A stretch of 59,434 bases of DNA, taken from IMG/VR virus record IMGVR_UViG_3300017645_000001, positions 1-59,434 of that record, one strand, 5' to 3'. The translations under genes and the position numbers were made by a program. The notes beneath the pieces are model-generated. The model was not told where the DNA came from and did no database searches. It saw only the letters and a program-made list of their open reading frames with translations. This document shows positions 9,147 to 18,829 of this stretch, in pieces. Position 1 is the stretch's first letter, and the number at the start of each line of letters is the position of its first letter. Source of the DNA: a virus. Its lineage: Duplodnaviria > Caudoviricetes.

Positions 9147-10250
9147 TTAGCTGAATGTCACGTTGCCGAGAACCGGGATTTGCCCTGCGGACAGCGCAAC
9201 GTCACTGCCCGGCGTTGTGATGCTATGCCGTTCCTCACCAGATGCATTCGCTACCGCCTGCCAAATCCACGACCTTGAGAAGCTGAATGGCGTAGCGAGG
9301 AACGGCATGCCGCCGACCGCCGTATCGCCTCCCGCAACTCGCCCAAGCCGCAGAAAAGCTTCGCGCAGCGATGCCTTTGCTTGCTCTCGCGCCTCGACTG
9401 TATCCGGCTCAAACCCGTCAATAACGACATCGATAGAGACAGCAGATGGCGCAGCGACCGTCACGATCGCACCAGCGGGTCGCATCGCTTCAATATGTTC
9501 CCGAACCCTGGCAATATCGTCGGTGCCCGGAACCCCATCAGAATATAGGCGATCCATCAGCACGAAAACGCGAACGGTGCCTGCGCCCGCCCAAAGACGC
9601 TCAACAAACACTCGCGTGACACCGCTCACCTCTCGCGCCCACATCACATAGTCTGATGCGGCGCCGCCGTGCGGCGGATAGCGTTTCCGAAACAAGATGC
9701 GCGTGCGAAAACTCTCCTTGTCCTCCACATCGGCACCACCGACGATATCTCCATGGACTAGCGCAGTCGCATCGCCTGTTACCCCGGAGACAATCGTAAC
9801 TCCTGCACCGTCGGGCACGTTTCCGGCCGCGCCATCGACAACCGCTGTCACGGGAACGTCGATGTCGCCAGCCCCGATCCTAGAAGCGCCGGCGGATGAA
9901 ACATACTGCACGCCATCTGTGCGGGCGAACACCGCACCTGCCGCCACCGTCAAATCGCCGGTGCTGGTCAAGCGCAAGACACCGCGCGCCGGCTCGGCCG
10001 GAAGCAGCGTCATGCCGTACTCGTTAGCATGCAGCTTCAGTGTTTCAAGATCGGGCGCGGTGCTTACGAAGATCATCTTCGCGATGTAGCCGGCAAAGCC
10101 GAACACCTCGAAGACTGCGCCAGCGATAACCTTTGCGGTCGGCGTGATGTTGTTGGGCCAAACCCAAGCATCGCTGCCAGGCAGAGACTTGCGGAATGCT
10201 TTGCGCGTACGATCCAGCAAATCCTGCAATGTCGGAAGCGCATAGCTCAT
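9147..10250 (-). CDS. Baseplate J-like protein (Mu gp47)
   Basis: GGADVEDKESFRTRIL...PPHGGAASDY..WA. Confidence 0.92.
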   Translation of the reverse strand: MSYALPTLQDLLDRTRKAFRKSLPGSDAWVWPNNITPTAKVIAGAVFEVFGFAGYIAKMIFVSTAPDLETLKLHANEYGMTLLPAEPARGVLRLTSTGDLTVAAGAVFARTDGVQYVSSAGASRIGAGDIDVPVTAVVDGAAGNVPDGAGVTIVSGVTGDATALVHGDIVGGADVEDKESFRTRILFRKRYPPHGGAASDYVMWAREVSGVTRVFVERLWAGAGTVRVFVLMDRLYSDGVPGTDDIARVREHIEAMRPAGAIVTVAAPSAVSIDVVIDGFEPDTVEAREQAKASLREAFLRLGRVAGGDTAVGGMPFLATPFSFSRSWIWQAVANASGEERHSITTPGSDVALSAGQIPVLGNVTFS

Positions 10251-10798
10251 TTCGCGGATGCCTGTTTCCAGATGTCGCTAAACTGCTCGCGATGGATGAT
10301 CTGATTGTCACGGCCGTAAACCTGAACGGACAGGTCAATCCGATTCACGGCCGCCTGCATCGTTGCCTCAACGTCGATACGCGCGGCCACCCCCTGCCGG
10401 ATCAGCGGCGCTAGCGCCTCCTGAGCGGCAACCTCGACAAACCGGCGGACTTCCTCGTTCAGCGGCGCGCGCTCATATATCCACAACAGCGAGCCAAGCT
10501 CGTCCTCGCCAAGATCAGCGCGAACGTCGATATCGTCGCCCCACCATCCCCGTGGATCATCGTCGCCGATGAACTTACGGTGCGGGTGTTGGTCAGGACA
10601 GCGCTTGTCCGTGAACAGCGCCACAATGATTGCGGTGTGCAGCGCTGCCTTGGCGCGCAGCCCGCCACGGTTTAACGGCTCGTCGTCGCCGGCCATTGCC
10701 CAATCGGCGCAGCCAGTCTGAGAATCCCAAACACTGTCCCATAGCAATTGAGGCTGGGGCCGGTCAGCTTCTCCAATCCGAACCCGAAGCGACGTCAT
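10247..10798 (-). CDS. Phage GP46 family baseplate protein
   Basis: LHTAIIVALFTD...RGWWGD...GSLLW...EALAPL. Confidence 0.9.
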   Translation of the reverse strand: MTSLRVRIGEADRPQPQLLWDSVWDSQTGCADWAMAGDDEPLNRGGLRAKAALHTAIIVALFTDKRCPDQHPHRKFIGDDDPRGWWGDDIDVRADLGEDELGSLLWIYERAPLNEEVRRFVEVAAQEALAPLIRQGVAARIDVEATMQAAVNRIDLSVQVYGRDNQIIHREQFSDIWKQASAK

Positions 10799-11349
10799 CA
10801 GTCGATCCTCGCCCAAAGCACCTCGGACGGCCCGCCTTCGGTCGAAACCTTGTACGGCGCATCTTCCGTCGGCGACTGCACCGCAAGGTCGATGCGGTGC
10901 TCTCGAACGCGGAGGTAACGCTTATTCTTGAGGCCGATCACGACCTCCGTGTCGGCCTCGATCGTCACCTTAGACGCATTGTGGATCACCACCGGCTTGC
11001 CGCCAGCATCGATCTCTGTTTCGTCCTCGATAACCTTGATGATCTTTCCGTATGCGTCGTAGATCGCTGCCCCGCCTTGAGGCAGGTTTTTCGGACGGTG
11101 CTTTTCATGGCCGCCGTCGAGATATGCCAGCCGGTCGGATCGGCCGCCGAGCGCCAACCCTAACCCATCGCTTCCTGCCGGCGGGTTCGACGTGAAACCG
11201 TGTGGCAGTACCCGAAGAACGCGCTTCGGCTTCTCGCCGTAGAGGCCGGCGAGGTCGAGGATCTGCTGCGTCCCGCTGTCGTCAACGTTAAGAACCTGAA
11301 ACCGCCTGATCATCGAGCGGATCGCGTCGTCGTGCTCCCAATAGCTCAT
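10798..11349 (-). CDS. Baseplate spike/assembly protein (Mu gp45-like)
   Basis: PHGFTSNPPAG...LGG...RPKNLPQGGAAIYD. Confidence 0.85.
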   Translation of the reverse strand: MSYWEHDDAIRSMIRRFQVLNVDDSGTQQILDLAGLYGEKPKRVLRVLPHGFTSNPPAGSDGLGLALGGRSDRLAYLDGGHEKHRPKNLPQGGAAIYDAYGKIIKVIEDETEIDAGGKPVVIHNASKVTIEADTEVVIGLKNKRYLRVREHRIDLAVQSPTEDAPYKVSTEGGPSEVLWARID

Positions 11350-11352
11350 TGA

Positions 11353-12492
11353 TCAGTCCGCCGGCGTCTCGTCGACAGCCTCGCTGTCGTCAATCTCATA
11401 CTCATCGCCGGACTTGTTGCCCTTCCCTCCACCCGCACCCTTGCCACCAAACGCGCGCGGATCGACAAGCGAAAGCAGTGCCAGCGATCCTTCGGGGCCG
11501 CTGCTAAAATCAACCGCCTCAATCAGCATGTCCTGAGCGATGTCGAGATACGGGCTCTCGATCCAGACCAGATAACCCGGTTCCCATATCTTCCCGGCTT
11601 GATCACGGAAGCCGGCTGTCGAAATCGTGGCCTTCAGCGCTTCGCCGGCCGCCCGGTTCCGGCGGTTCGTCGCCCGCCCCTTGAGGTCATCGATCGACCC
11701 GTCATCGTCATGGATAACGGCTTTGTGCCGCTTTCGCTTCACGACGCCGTCTTTTGACGTCGCGACCATATGCAAGCGCCGCGCGCCGTGACCAAGGATG
11801 CGCTGTCCTTTGAAACTGTACCGCGAATATCGGCTCGACCAGTTGTGATCAGCGTTGCCGACGAGCAAGTTCTGGCCCTCGAAGACGCCACCGGCATGCC
11901 GCTTTGAGCCATCCGGCTTGGTGATCAGAATGTCGCCCTCAGCGGTGCCGGAAAGCGTCATGCCCTGCCGCCGCGCCATCTTCTCAATCTCGCGAAAAAT
12001 GCTGGCGCCCGGCGTCAACTGGTACGATTCCAGCTTCGAAAGCGCTTGATCCGTCCTGAACGTTGCTCCGTAACCTTCCGCCAGTTCGGCACCGATCTCG
12101 GCCGGGTCCTTGTTCTCGAAATGCCCGGTGTCGTGGTCCGGATCACTATCGATCAGATCGCCTGCCTTTGAACGACCCGTGATGACCATGTGCGCGTTGC
12201 GTGCGCTGTAGTGCGGCCGCTTTTGGTCAACGAAGCCCGTCAGCAGCAGGTCATCGTTCGAATAGACCGAAACCTCGGCGCCGGCGCGGAATACCGCGTG
12301 CGTGGCTGACGCTCCAAGCTCTGCCGCGATCCTCAATTCGAAAGCCCGTGCAGCTTCTTTGTAGCCGGCGCGTGCCTGAGCACGGACGAAGGCCGTATAG
12401 CGGACCCCATCCACCTCGACCGATACAATCTCGGTCTGCCCGATCGGCTGATCGGGGAAGTACCAGCTAAGCTGGTTCAGCGGGGTCAGCAT
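11353..12492 (-). CDS. Baseplate hub (Mu gpP/gp44-like)
   Basis: LLLTGFVD...ITGRSKAGDLID...RYSRY...GKIWEPG. Confidence 0.88.
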   Translation of the reverse strand: MLTPLNQLSWYFPDQPIGQTEIVSVEVDGVRYTAFVRAQARAGYKEAARAFELRIAAELGASATHAVFRAGAEVSVYSNDDLLLTGFVDQKRPHYSARNAHMVITGRSKAGDLIDSDPDHDTGHFENKDPAEIGAELAEGYGATFRTDQALSKLESYQLTPGASIFREIEKMARRQGMTLSGTAEGDILITKPDGSKRHAGGVFEGQNLLVGNADHNWSSRYSRYSFKGQRILGHGARRLHMVATSKDGVVKRKRHKAVIHDDDGSIDDLKGRATNRRNRAAGEALKATISTAGFRDQAGKIWEPGYLVWIESPYLDIAQDMLIEAVDFSSGPEGSLALLSLVDPRAFGGKGAGGGKGNKSGDEYEIDDSEAVDETPAD

Positions 12493-13706
12493 CAGCGCGC
12501 CAGCGCCTCAAAGTCTGTCGGCATGAACGAGGGGTGCGCGACGCGGTTGCGCTCCGCCAGTTCGGTTGAGCGGGTAGGATCGCGATAGAGGCGATGCGCC
12601 CACCACAACGAAGGCATCCTGCGGTTTGCCTCAACCGGAATAACGGGCGCGCGATCAAGGATTGCCCGCGATAGGTAATCGATAGTCGCTCCGCTGAGAT
12701 CGACCACCGCACGGTAGATTTCCGGCTCGTAAGCAGAGAGCGCGTAGAGCACCGCGTCGAAGTATTCAGCCGCATCCGCCCTCAACGCGATAGCGGTTTG
12801 CCGATCCGAGATCACCGCGCTGGCAATACCCTCCGCATAAGCTGCCAAGGCGGCCATACGCATCATCAAGGCGGTCGCGAACTCGTTGTCCGCGGCAGCC
12901 TTCGCAGCCGGAGTCCTGAACGGACCCGCAGGCGGATCAAGCTGATCGCCGAGGATCGGCTCGAAAGCCCGAACCGCAGCGCCGCCCTCCATGCCGTCGG
13001 CAATGCCGCGCGCGATGGTCACGAGGTCGGCGAACGCTTCGCCGTTTACGCCGCTGGTCTGGCTCGCCGCTTCTGGCGCAGCATCGTAGAGCGTCTTGAT
13101 CGCATTGCGCTGCACGGCGCTCGACGCCGGGTCGATATTCCCCGACATGCGAACCACGTCGAGCGTGGCAGCCCCGGTCTGCAATCCCTCGGTCGCCGCC
13201 TCGATCACAAAGTCCGGCTGACCGAGCGCATAGATCGCGGTTTCGGCAAAGACGGAGACTGCACTCGCCAGCGCATCGGCGCGGGCAAAAACCATGTTTG
13301 CGAGCGAGGCAAACGAGACGAGCGAGGTCGCCGCGCCCTCGCGCACGAAACGCAGGGTGTATGCAATTCGTCCGGCCCTATCCTTCTCACGGCTGCGCCG
13401 GAAATTCAGACAGCGGACGGTAATCGGGCCATGCGTCGGCAGCACGAGAATGCCAGCGCCGCGCTGTGCGCAGACGGAAGTAAGCGCCGTCGCTTGAACG
13501 TCAACGGTGTCCGACGCCAGATAAGCCGTGACGTCGAAGTCGCGCTTTGCCTCACCCAGGTCCTCGTTGAACGGATCGTCCCGGCCGGGGAATTCATGGC
13601 TGACGATCCGGCGGCCGCCCTCTTCCTCGTCCCGCTCAGTCTGGAACGGGACGCCCTTGAACGACGCCGGAAAGAGAGTCCGCAGCCAGTCGCGCCCTAT
13701 GGCCAT
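12492..13706 (-). CDS. DNA circularization protein (Mu gpN-like)
   Basis: ASFKGVPF...HEFPGRD...EDLG; A.RLY.D..R..EL..RN...HP.F. Confidence 0.92.
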   Translation of the reverse strand: MAIGRDWLRTLFPASFKGVPFQTERDEEEGGRRIVSHEFPGRDDPFNEDLGEAKRDFDVTAYLASDTVDVQATALTSVCAQRGAGILVLPTHGPITVRCLNFRRSREKDRAGRIAYTLRFVREGAATSLVSFASLANMVFARADALASAVSVFAETAIYALGQPDFVIEAATEGLQTGAATLDVVRMSGNIDPASSAVQRNAIKTLYDAAPEAASQTSGVNGEAFADLVTIARGIADGMEGGAAVRAFEPILGDQLDPPAGPFRTPAAKAAADNEFATALMMRMAALAAYAEGIASAVISDRQTAIALRADAAEYFDAVLYALSAYEPEIYRAVVDLSGATIDYLSRAILDRAPVIPVEANRRMPSLWWAHRLYRDPTRSTELAERNRVAHPSFMPTDFEALAR

Positions 13707-16171
13707 TACGGACCTCCGACCGGCATTGCGGCAGCATCAGGCGACGAGGTGCCGAGAGAGCCGGGGCCGTTCGCGCTCATCGTGCCCGAGAGAGGGATCA
13801 TCGCCGAATGCACCCCAAAGCCGGGAATATTGATCGTCACTTCTGCCTTGCCGGAGACCTTCGCCTCACCCTTCAGCTCGGCCTCGACGGGGCGGTCACC
13901 ACCGAGCAACGGCAGGCCCATACGCGCGCGCTCTTCGTTGAAGGCTCGAATGCGAACGTCCCGCATCGATCCGCCGCCTTGGCTGGCAAGGCGCTCTTGA
14001 ACCGTCTTCCCCGCGTAGCCTTCGCCTTCGACGTATTGCCGAAGCCCATAGAGGGCGGCCGCACCACCGAGCGCACCACCTGCCAGACCGAGATACGGGG
14101 CCGCCGGCGCCAAGCGGGCGAGCCACGGCGATGCGGCGGCGGAGGCCACTGGCGCAGCGCTTGCCACGGCGCCGCCGGCCCCCAAGCGAGTTGCAGCCAC
14201 TGTCAGTGCGGCCGCCGCACCATCAAGCGCCGCGGCCGAACTCGCCAGACCGAAGCCAGAGAAAAGCTGCTTCAGCAGCAACGCCGAGCCGCCAAGGACA
14301 CCAATTGAAGCTAGCGCAGTCGCGGCTTGCCTTCCTCCCTCGCTCAGATTCGCGATCCAATCGAACCCCTTGCCGAGGGTGTCGAATGAAAACTTCAGCA
14401 GCGCAGCGTTCGCTTCGCCCAGCGCCTGCTGTAGGTTCTCGAAAGAGCCTTTGATGTTCTCCAAGGCGCCACCAAGACCAGCCATGATTTCGTCCGCGCG
14501 CGACTTGGCAAAGTCCGGGTCATTGTCGGTGTCGCGGATTGCCTTTCGATTGAGACTGTATTCTTCGCGCTGACGCTGAGTGATCGCAAAGCGGCCGCCC
14601 TGCCGATAGTCGAAGATTGAGTTGATCTGCGCGAGCGACAGGTTCGACATCATCAGGGCGTCGAGAAGACCCTGCGCGTCGACGCTTCCTGCCGAGAACT
14701 TGTAAAAATCGCCTGCCGCTTTCGCGATCTGCTTGCGATGTGCAGCCGAGACCGCGCCCTTCTTATTCGTCGGGAATAACGGCTCGACCGCCTTTGACAC
14801 AGCCTCTGTGAATGTATTGCGGTCCCCGATGATGTTCTTGTCAGCCAAAAGTCCGCTAAGCCGATCGCGGACACCGCTCGTAAACTTAACGCCAAGCTCT
14901 TGCTGAAACTGAGCCTCAAGACCGCCGGCGTCGAGCTTCGAGGGCATATTGACGAACTTATTGTAGTCGATGCCCGCCGCGCGCATCGCGGTGAGCCCCT
15001 TCTTGGTCGGCGCCGCGAGTTTGCCGGCCACCTGCCGCATGAAAACGCCTGTTTCCTCGCCATCAAGACCACCACGCTTCGCCAGAGCACCAATCGCAAG
15101 GAATGCATCCTCGCTCACGCCGACAACCGAGTTCGCGCCGGCGCCGTAGCGCAGATATTGCGGCACGTCCTCGGCACTCATTCCGCCGAGTTTTGCCATG
15201 CGCGCGATACGGTTTACAGCCAAACGGCTCTCCCGGACGGCCTTCTCCGGTGTGGAGATATCCTTGCCGGTCTGCTGAAGGTAGGTTCGGACCGTCTCCG
15301 CAGCTTGCTTGAGATCGGTTTCCATGATGATCGCGTAGTTGCGGATGTTCTCCATCATGCCGGCGCCGACTTGGGCGCGCTGGCGTCCCGTGATCGCCGT
15401 CGGTAGACCCTGCATGGATGCGGTCTGCGCCTGCACCACGTCCAGGTTGGTAAATCGGGTCTCCTGACCGATCCGCTTGGCCTGCGGGATCAGGATTTCC
15501 GCTTGATCCGCCTTGCTGATATCGCCCTCGGTCAGCAGGCGCTGCTTGCGCACCGCATAGTCAAACTCGGCCGCACTGGTGATCGACTGACCCGCAAAAC
15601 TACGAGCACGGTAGCCAAGCGCGGTTGCGCCGACGGCGCCCACTACCGCGTTGCCGATATTTGCCCGACGGTTTGCCCTCCGGTGCTGACGATCGATTGC
15701 TGCGTTGGCTCGGTTTACCGCCGCTTCGAGCTTGCGCTGCTGACCGGCGATATTGTTGATCGAACCGCCCATCCCTTCCAGGGAACGCTTGGCGGCCAAC
15801 ACGGCCGATTTCTGCCGCTCGAAGGCACTCGACGCCGCAATGACCGCGTTCTGGGCCTTTCGATAGTTGGCCGCCAGCGCGGCCGTCGGGCCATTGGCCG
15901 TCTGCATCGCCTTCGCAGCGCGCTCAACCGCGATCTGCGTCTCGCGAAAATGTGCCCGCGCCTTCTCGAAGCTGCCCCGAGCGGCGGCGAATTTGTCCAT
16001 CGCCGCCATTTGCTTGTTCGCGCGCGCCAGCGCCGCGCTCATCTTATCGACGGCCTCAGCGGTCTTCTTGTTCTTCTCGATCTGCGAGAGCTTCTTGGCG
16101 AGCTTGTCGATCAGCGGCGAAAGCTTTTCCTCGCCGGAAATGACAACCTTTGCCTCGATGATCTTCGCCAT
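13706..16171 (-). CDS. Tail tape measure protein
   Basis: 821 aa, Ala-rich helical, directly after the tail chaperone. Confidence 0.88.
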   Translation of the reverse strand: MAKIIEAKVVISGEEKLSPLIDKLAKKLSQIEKNKKTAEAVDKMSAALARANKQMAAMDKFAAARGSFEKARAHFRETQIAVERAAKAMQTANGPTAALAANYRKAQNAVIAASSAFERQKSAVLAAKRSLEGMGGSINNIAGQQRKLEAAVNRANAAIDRQHRRANRRANIGNAVVGAVGATALGYRARSFAGQSITSAAEFDYAVRKQRLLTEGDISKADQAEILIPQAKRIGQETRFTNLDVVQAQTASMQGLPTAITGRQRAQVGAGMMENIRNYAIIMETDLKQAAETVRTYLQQTGKDISTPEKAVRESRLAVNRIARMAKLGGMSAEDVPQYLRYGAGANSVVGVSEDAFLAIGALAKRGGLDGEETGVFMRQVAGKLAAPTKKGLTAMRAAGIDYNKFVNMPSKLDAGGLEAQFQQELGVKFTSGVRDRLSGLLADKNIIGDRNTFTEAVSKAVEPLFPTNKKGAVSAAHRKQIAKAAGDFYKFSAGSVDAQGLLDALMMSNLSLAQINSIFDYRQGGRFAITQRQREEYSLNRKAIRDTDNDPDFAKSRADEIMAGLGGALENIKGSFENLQQALGEANAALLKFSFDTLGKGFDWIANLSEGGRQAATALASIGVLGGSALLLKQLFSGFGLASSAAALDGAAAALTVAATRLGAGGAVASAAPVASAAASPWLARLAPAAPYLGLAGGALGGAAALYGLRQYVEGEGYAGKTVQERLASQGGGSMRDVRIRAFNEERARMGLPLLGGDRPVEAELKGEAKVSGKAEVTINIPGFGVHSAMIPLSGTMSANGPGSLGTSSPDAAAMPVGGP

Positions 16172-16238
16172 CAGCGCCGCTTCCTACGCTCGACCCAATC
16201 GACCGCGCGAGTGTGCCAATACATAACCTCGGAAAGGC

Positions 16239-16619
16239 TCAGTTGGCCGATTTCGAAGGGGCCGATTCCGAACCCGTTGAAGACGAGTTCGTCTCCGATG
16301 TCGCGGAGTCCTCGCCCGCCTCGCCTGCGGGCTGGAAAAAACCCAGAAGCGCCTGCTTCACCTCCCGGGCGACGCGCGCGCCGGCCTGCGAAAGCAGAGC
16401 CGGGTCCTTCGGCTCGACAAGACAGACGGTCAGGTACTGCTTGATGACCTCGACATTCTCGATGATGAACGGCGCACCCTCGGCGCTGCCCGCCACGGTG
16501 TAGGGGTCACCGAAGGACAGGAACTCGTCGAACGTCGGCTCGCGAAGAACGATGCGGCTCAGCGGGCCATTGTGCGTGACCAGCGGCTTCGCCAGCTTGA
16601 TCGTGACTGTTTCTCTCAC
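16239..16619 (-). CDS. Tail assembly chaperone; predicted -1 frameshift extension to 16171
   Basis: IKLAKPL...IVLREPT; slippery GGGTTTTTTC at 16335-16344. Confidence 0.85.
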   Translation of the reverse strand: MRETVTIKLAKPLVTHNGPLSRIVLREPTFDEFLSFGDPYTVAGSAEGAPFIIENVEVIKQYLTVCLVEPKDPALLSQAGARVAREVKQALLGFFQPAGEAGEDSATSETNSSSTGSESAPSKSAN

Positions 16620-16999
16620 CGCACTTCCTCATACTTTTCGCCGACCAGACGCAGGCCGGACACTTCGCCGGTCGCAAGATCGATCTGCGGATCACCGACG
16701 AATGTCGCATTGGTCAGAAGCTGCTGCGCGCCGGTGTCTTGCTCGGTGAAGGTCGCCGCGATGTTGTTCAGCAGCATCAGGTTCCCATTCCACTTCAGCG
16801 GGCGCCCATTCGCATCGACGAAGCGATCGAACGTGCACTCCGCCGTCACCGGCTGGGGTCGCACGGTCTTGTAGATCGTGCCATCCTGATTGGTGCCGAC
16901 ATCGGTGCTGATGTTCGACGGGTTGAACTTAATCTCGCCGCGCGCGCTGTAAACCAGATCGTCGATGACGATCGTGACGCGGCCGCCGGAAATGTGCAT
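16616..16999 (-). CDS. Tail tube protein (Mu-like)
   Basis: 127 aa between sheath and chaperone. Confidence 0.8.
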   Translation of the reverse strand: MHISGGRVTIVIDDLVYSARGEIKFNPSNISTDVGTNQDGTIYKTVRPQPVTAECTFDRFVDANGRPLKWNGNLMLLNNIAATFTEQDTGAQQLLTNATFVGDPQIDLATGEVSGLRLVGEKYEEVR

Positions 17000-17046
17000 G
17001 GCAGGCTCCGTTAGCTCAGAATGATGATGGGTGCGAACGGCGCCGG

Positions 17047-18555
17047 TCAGGCAGCCGGGTATTCGAGGAAGGTCGTGATATTCGCAGCGAAGACGACGAA
17101 CTGGTTCACCACGTCGACCGGCAGGTAGGCATTGACGCGGTTCGGATCGGAAGACCGCTCGACCACGAGACTGTCGGCGAAGAGTTCCGATTTCTCGACA
17201 AGCCCGCCCGCCTCCATCTCCTTGTAGGCATGGACGCAGGTCGCCTTGAGCAGTTTCGGCGTGACGATGCCCGGGCGCCCCTCCGCGCCATCGCTCGCGA
17301 GAGCGTGCCGCGGATAAGTCTGGGTGATCCGCTGGCGCATGTAGCGCGAGAAATAGGTAATCTGGGCGCGGGACTCGACTCCGAGCCAGGTGATATCCGG
17401 CTGCGAATGCGCGTTCAGTTGGTACGTCGTGATGACGCGGTTCAGCCGCACCGTTCCGTCGACGTCTGTGGTGAACGTCGAAATGCCGTCCTGAAGCAGA
17501 TTGTTTCGCTGCGTCGTCGAGAACCAGTCGAGCCGGTCCTTCGGGGGCAGGATGCCGACCAGTTCCAGCGTGTGCAAAGGCTGGCTCAGGCGGTACGTCT
17601 GGTCAACCTCCATACCGAGGTTCTTGTCGCGCGCGACCACGGCGCCGACGGCCGCCGCCCACCGCCACGGCGGCGACGGCGAGTTCGCCACGCCCATGAT
17701 GGTTTCCGTGGCAGAATTCCGACCGGACCCGGCCGACGCAAGGTTTGCATAGCTGTCGAACAGAGCGGTGATGTGATGGCCGTAGAGCATCTGAGACGGC
17801 GACCACCGCCCGGAGACGCCATCGAGGAACGTCTTGATCGCGTTCAGGCTGGTCGTGTCCGCATACGGCGTCGCAATCCAGTCGAACTCGATATCCCCGA
17901 GCTTGCCGAGCAGGGTACCAAGCGTCGGCGCTCCGGTGCCTGACGTCGTAGAGGCGACGGAGAGATACTGCTGCAACGCCCCTTCGTCCCCGACCAGATT
18001 GAAGTCGACGGCAATCTTGTTGCCAAGGGCGCCCTGATTGCGCGCGGTGAGGACCACCGTGTTCGTCGAGGCCGACGCCGAGACAGGGAACGCCAGGCTG
18101 CGGCCGAACTTCACATAACCGGCGTTGATCGCCGCCGCGAGGGCGGTCGCTACATTGTCGTCGGTGTCGGTCGAGGCAACAGAAACCTCGACGCGCTCGC
18201 CGGCGACATAGACGACCACCGTTCCCGACTTCCCCTCGATCCCCGATGCTACCGTAATCGTCTGGACGGCCGCGGTGCCGGTATCGGCGAGAGCGCCGAG
18301 CCAGATTTCACCGAACGCATGGTTCTGGCGCGCCCAGATCGCCATTTCGGCAAGCATAGAGCCAACGCCGGCGAGCGCCTGCGCGTCCCCGTCGAGGCGC
18401 TGGATCGTGTTGGCCGCCATGCTGGCGCCGGACGTGGTCTGACCGATCAGCAGCAGCCGGCTCTGGCCCTGATACGGCGACTGACCGGCATTGATCTCGG
18501 CGAAGAATAGCGGGACCCGCAGGTTTGCGGGGATTTGCGAAAACTGAACGCCCAT
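17047..18555 (-). CDS. Tail sheath protein (Mu gpL-like)
   Basis: IPANLRVPLFFAE...GSMLA.M...RNNLL.DGIST...RVITTYQ...DPNRVN. Confidence 0.95.
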   Translation of the reverse strand: MGVQFSQIPANLRVPLFFAEINAGQSPYQGQSRLLLIGQTTSGASMAANTIQRLDGDAQALAGVGSMLAEMAIWARQNHAFGEIWLGALADTGTAAVQTITVASGIEGKSGTVVVYVAGERVEVSVASTDTDDNVATALAAAINAGYVKFGRSLAFPVSASASTNTVVLTARNQGALGNKIAVDFNLVGDEGALQQYLSVASTTSGTGAPTLGTLLGKLGDIEFDWIATPYADTTSLNAIKTFLDGVSGRWSPSQMLYGHHITALFDSYANLASAGSGRNSATETIMGVANSPSPPWRWAAAVGAVVARDKNLGMEVDQTYRLSQPLHTLELVGILPPKDRLDWFSTTQRNNLLQDGISTFTTDVDGTVRLNRVITTYQLNAHSQPDITWLGVESRAQITYFSRYMRQRITQTYPRHALASDGAEGRPGIVTPKLLKATCVHAYKEMEAGGLVEKSELFADSLVVERSSDPNRVNAYLPVDVVNQFVVFAANITTFLEYPAA

Positions 18556-18558
18556 CGA

Positions 18559-18819
18559 TCAATCCTCCTTTACGGCGGAAGCACGACGGCCCCGGCCCTG
18601 ATGCATTGCGTTGGTGGAAGAGCGGTCCTCGACCGCCGGTGGCTCGGCATCCGGCACCGCGGGTGGATCGCATCGGACGACGTCGCCAGCGGCGATCAGA
18701 CGCTCATAGAACGAATCCAGCGGCACCCATGCGCCGCTATCCGGCATGACGCACCCATTGCGCTCAGGTTGGCGCACGCGTCCGCCCGCCGCCGGGGCGA
18801 CGAAAATCATATCAGTCAT
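18559..18819 (-). CDS. DUF2635 family protein (Mu gp38-like)
   Basis: FVAPAAGGRVRQPE...V....FYERLIAAGDV. Confidence 0.8.
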   Translation of the reverse strand: MTDMIFVAPAAGGRVRQPERNGCVMPDSGAWVPLDSFYERLIAAGDVVRCDPPAVPDAEPPAVEDRSSTNAMHQGRGRRASAVKED

Positions 18820-18829
18820 GTGGGCTTCC

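Noticed and set aside
12798-14000. Long plus-strand ORFs opposite structural genes (also 15503-16444, 18834-19727, 27361-28542)
   Set aside because: Antisense shadows of high-GC genes with no recognisable motifs.
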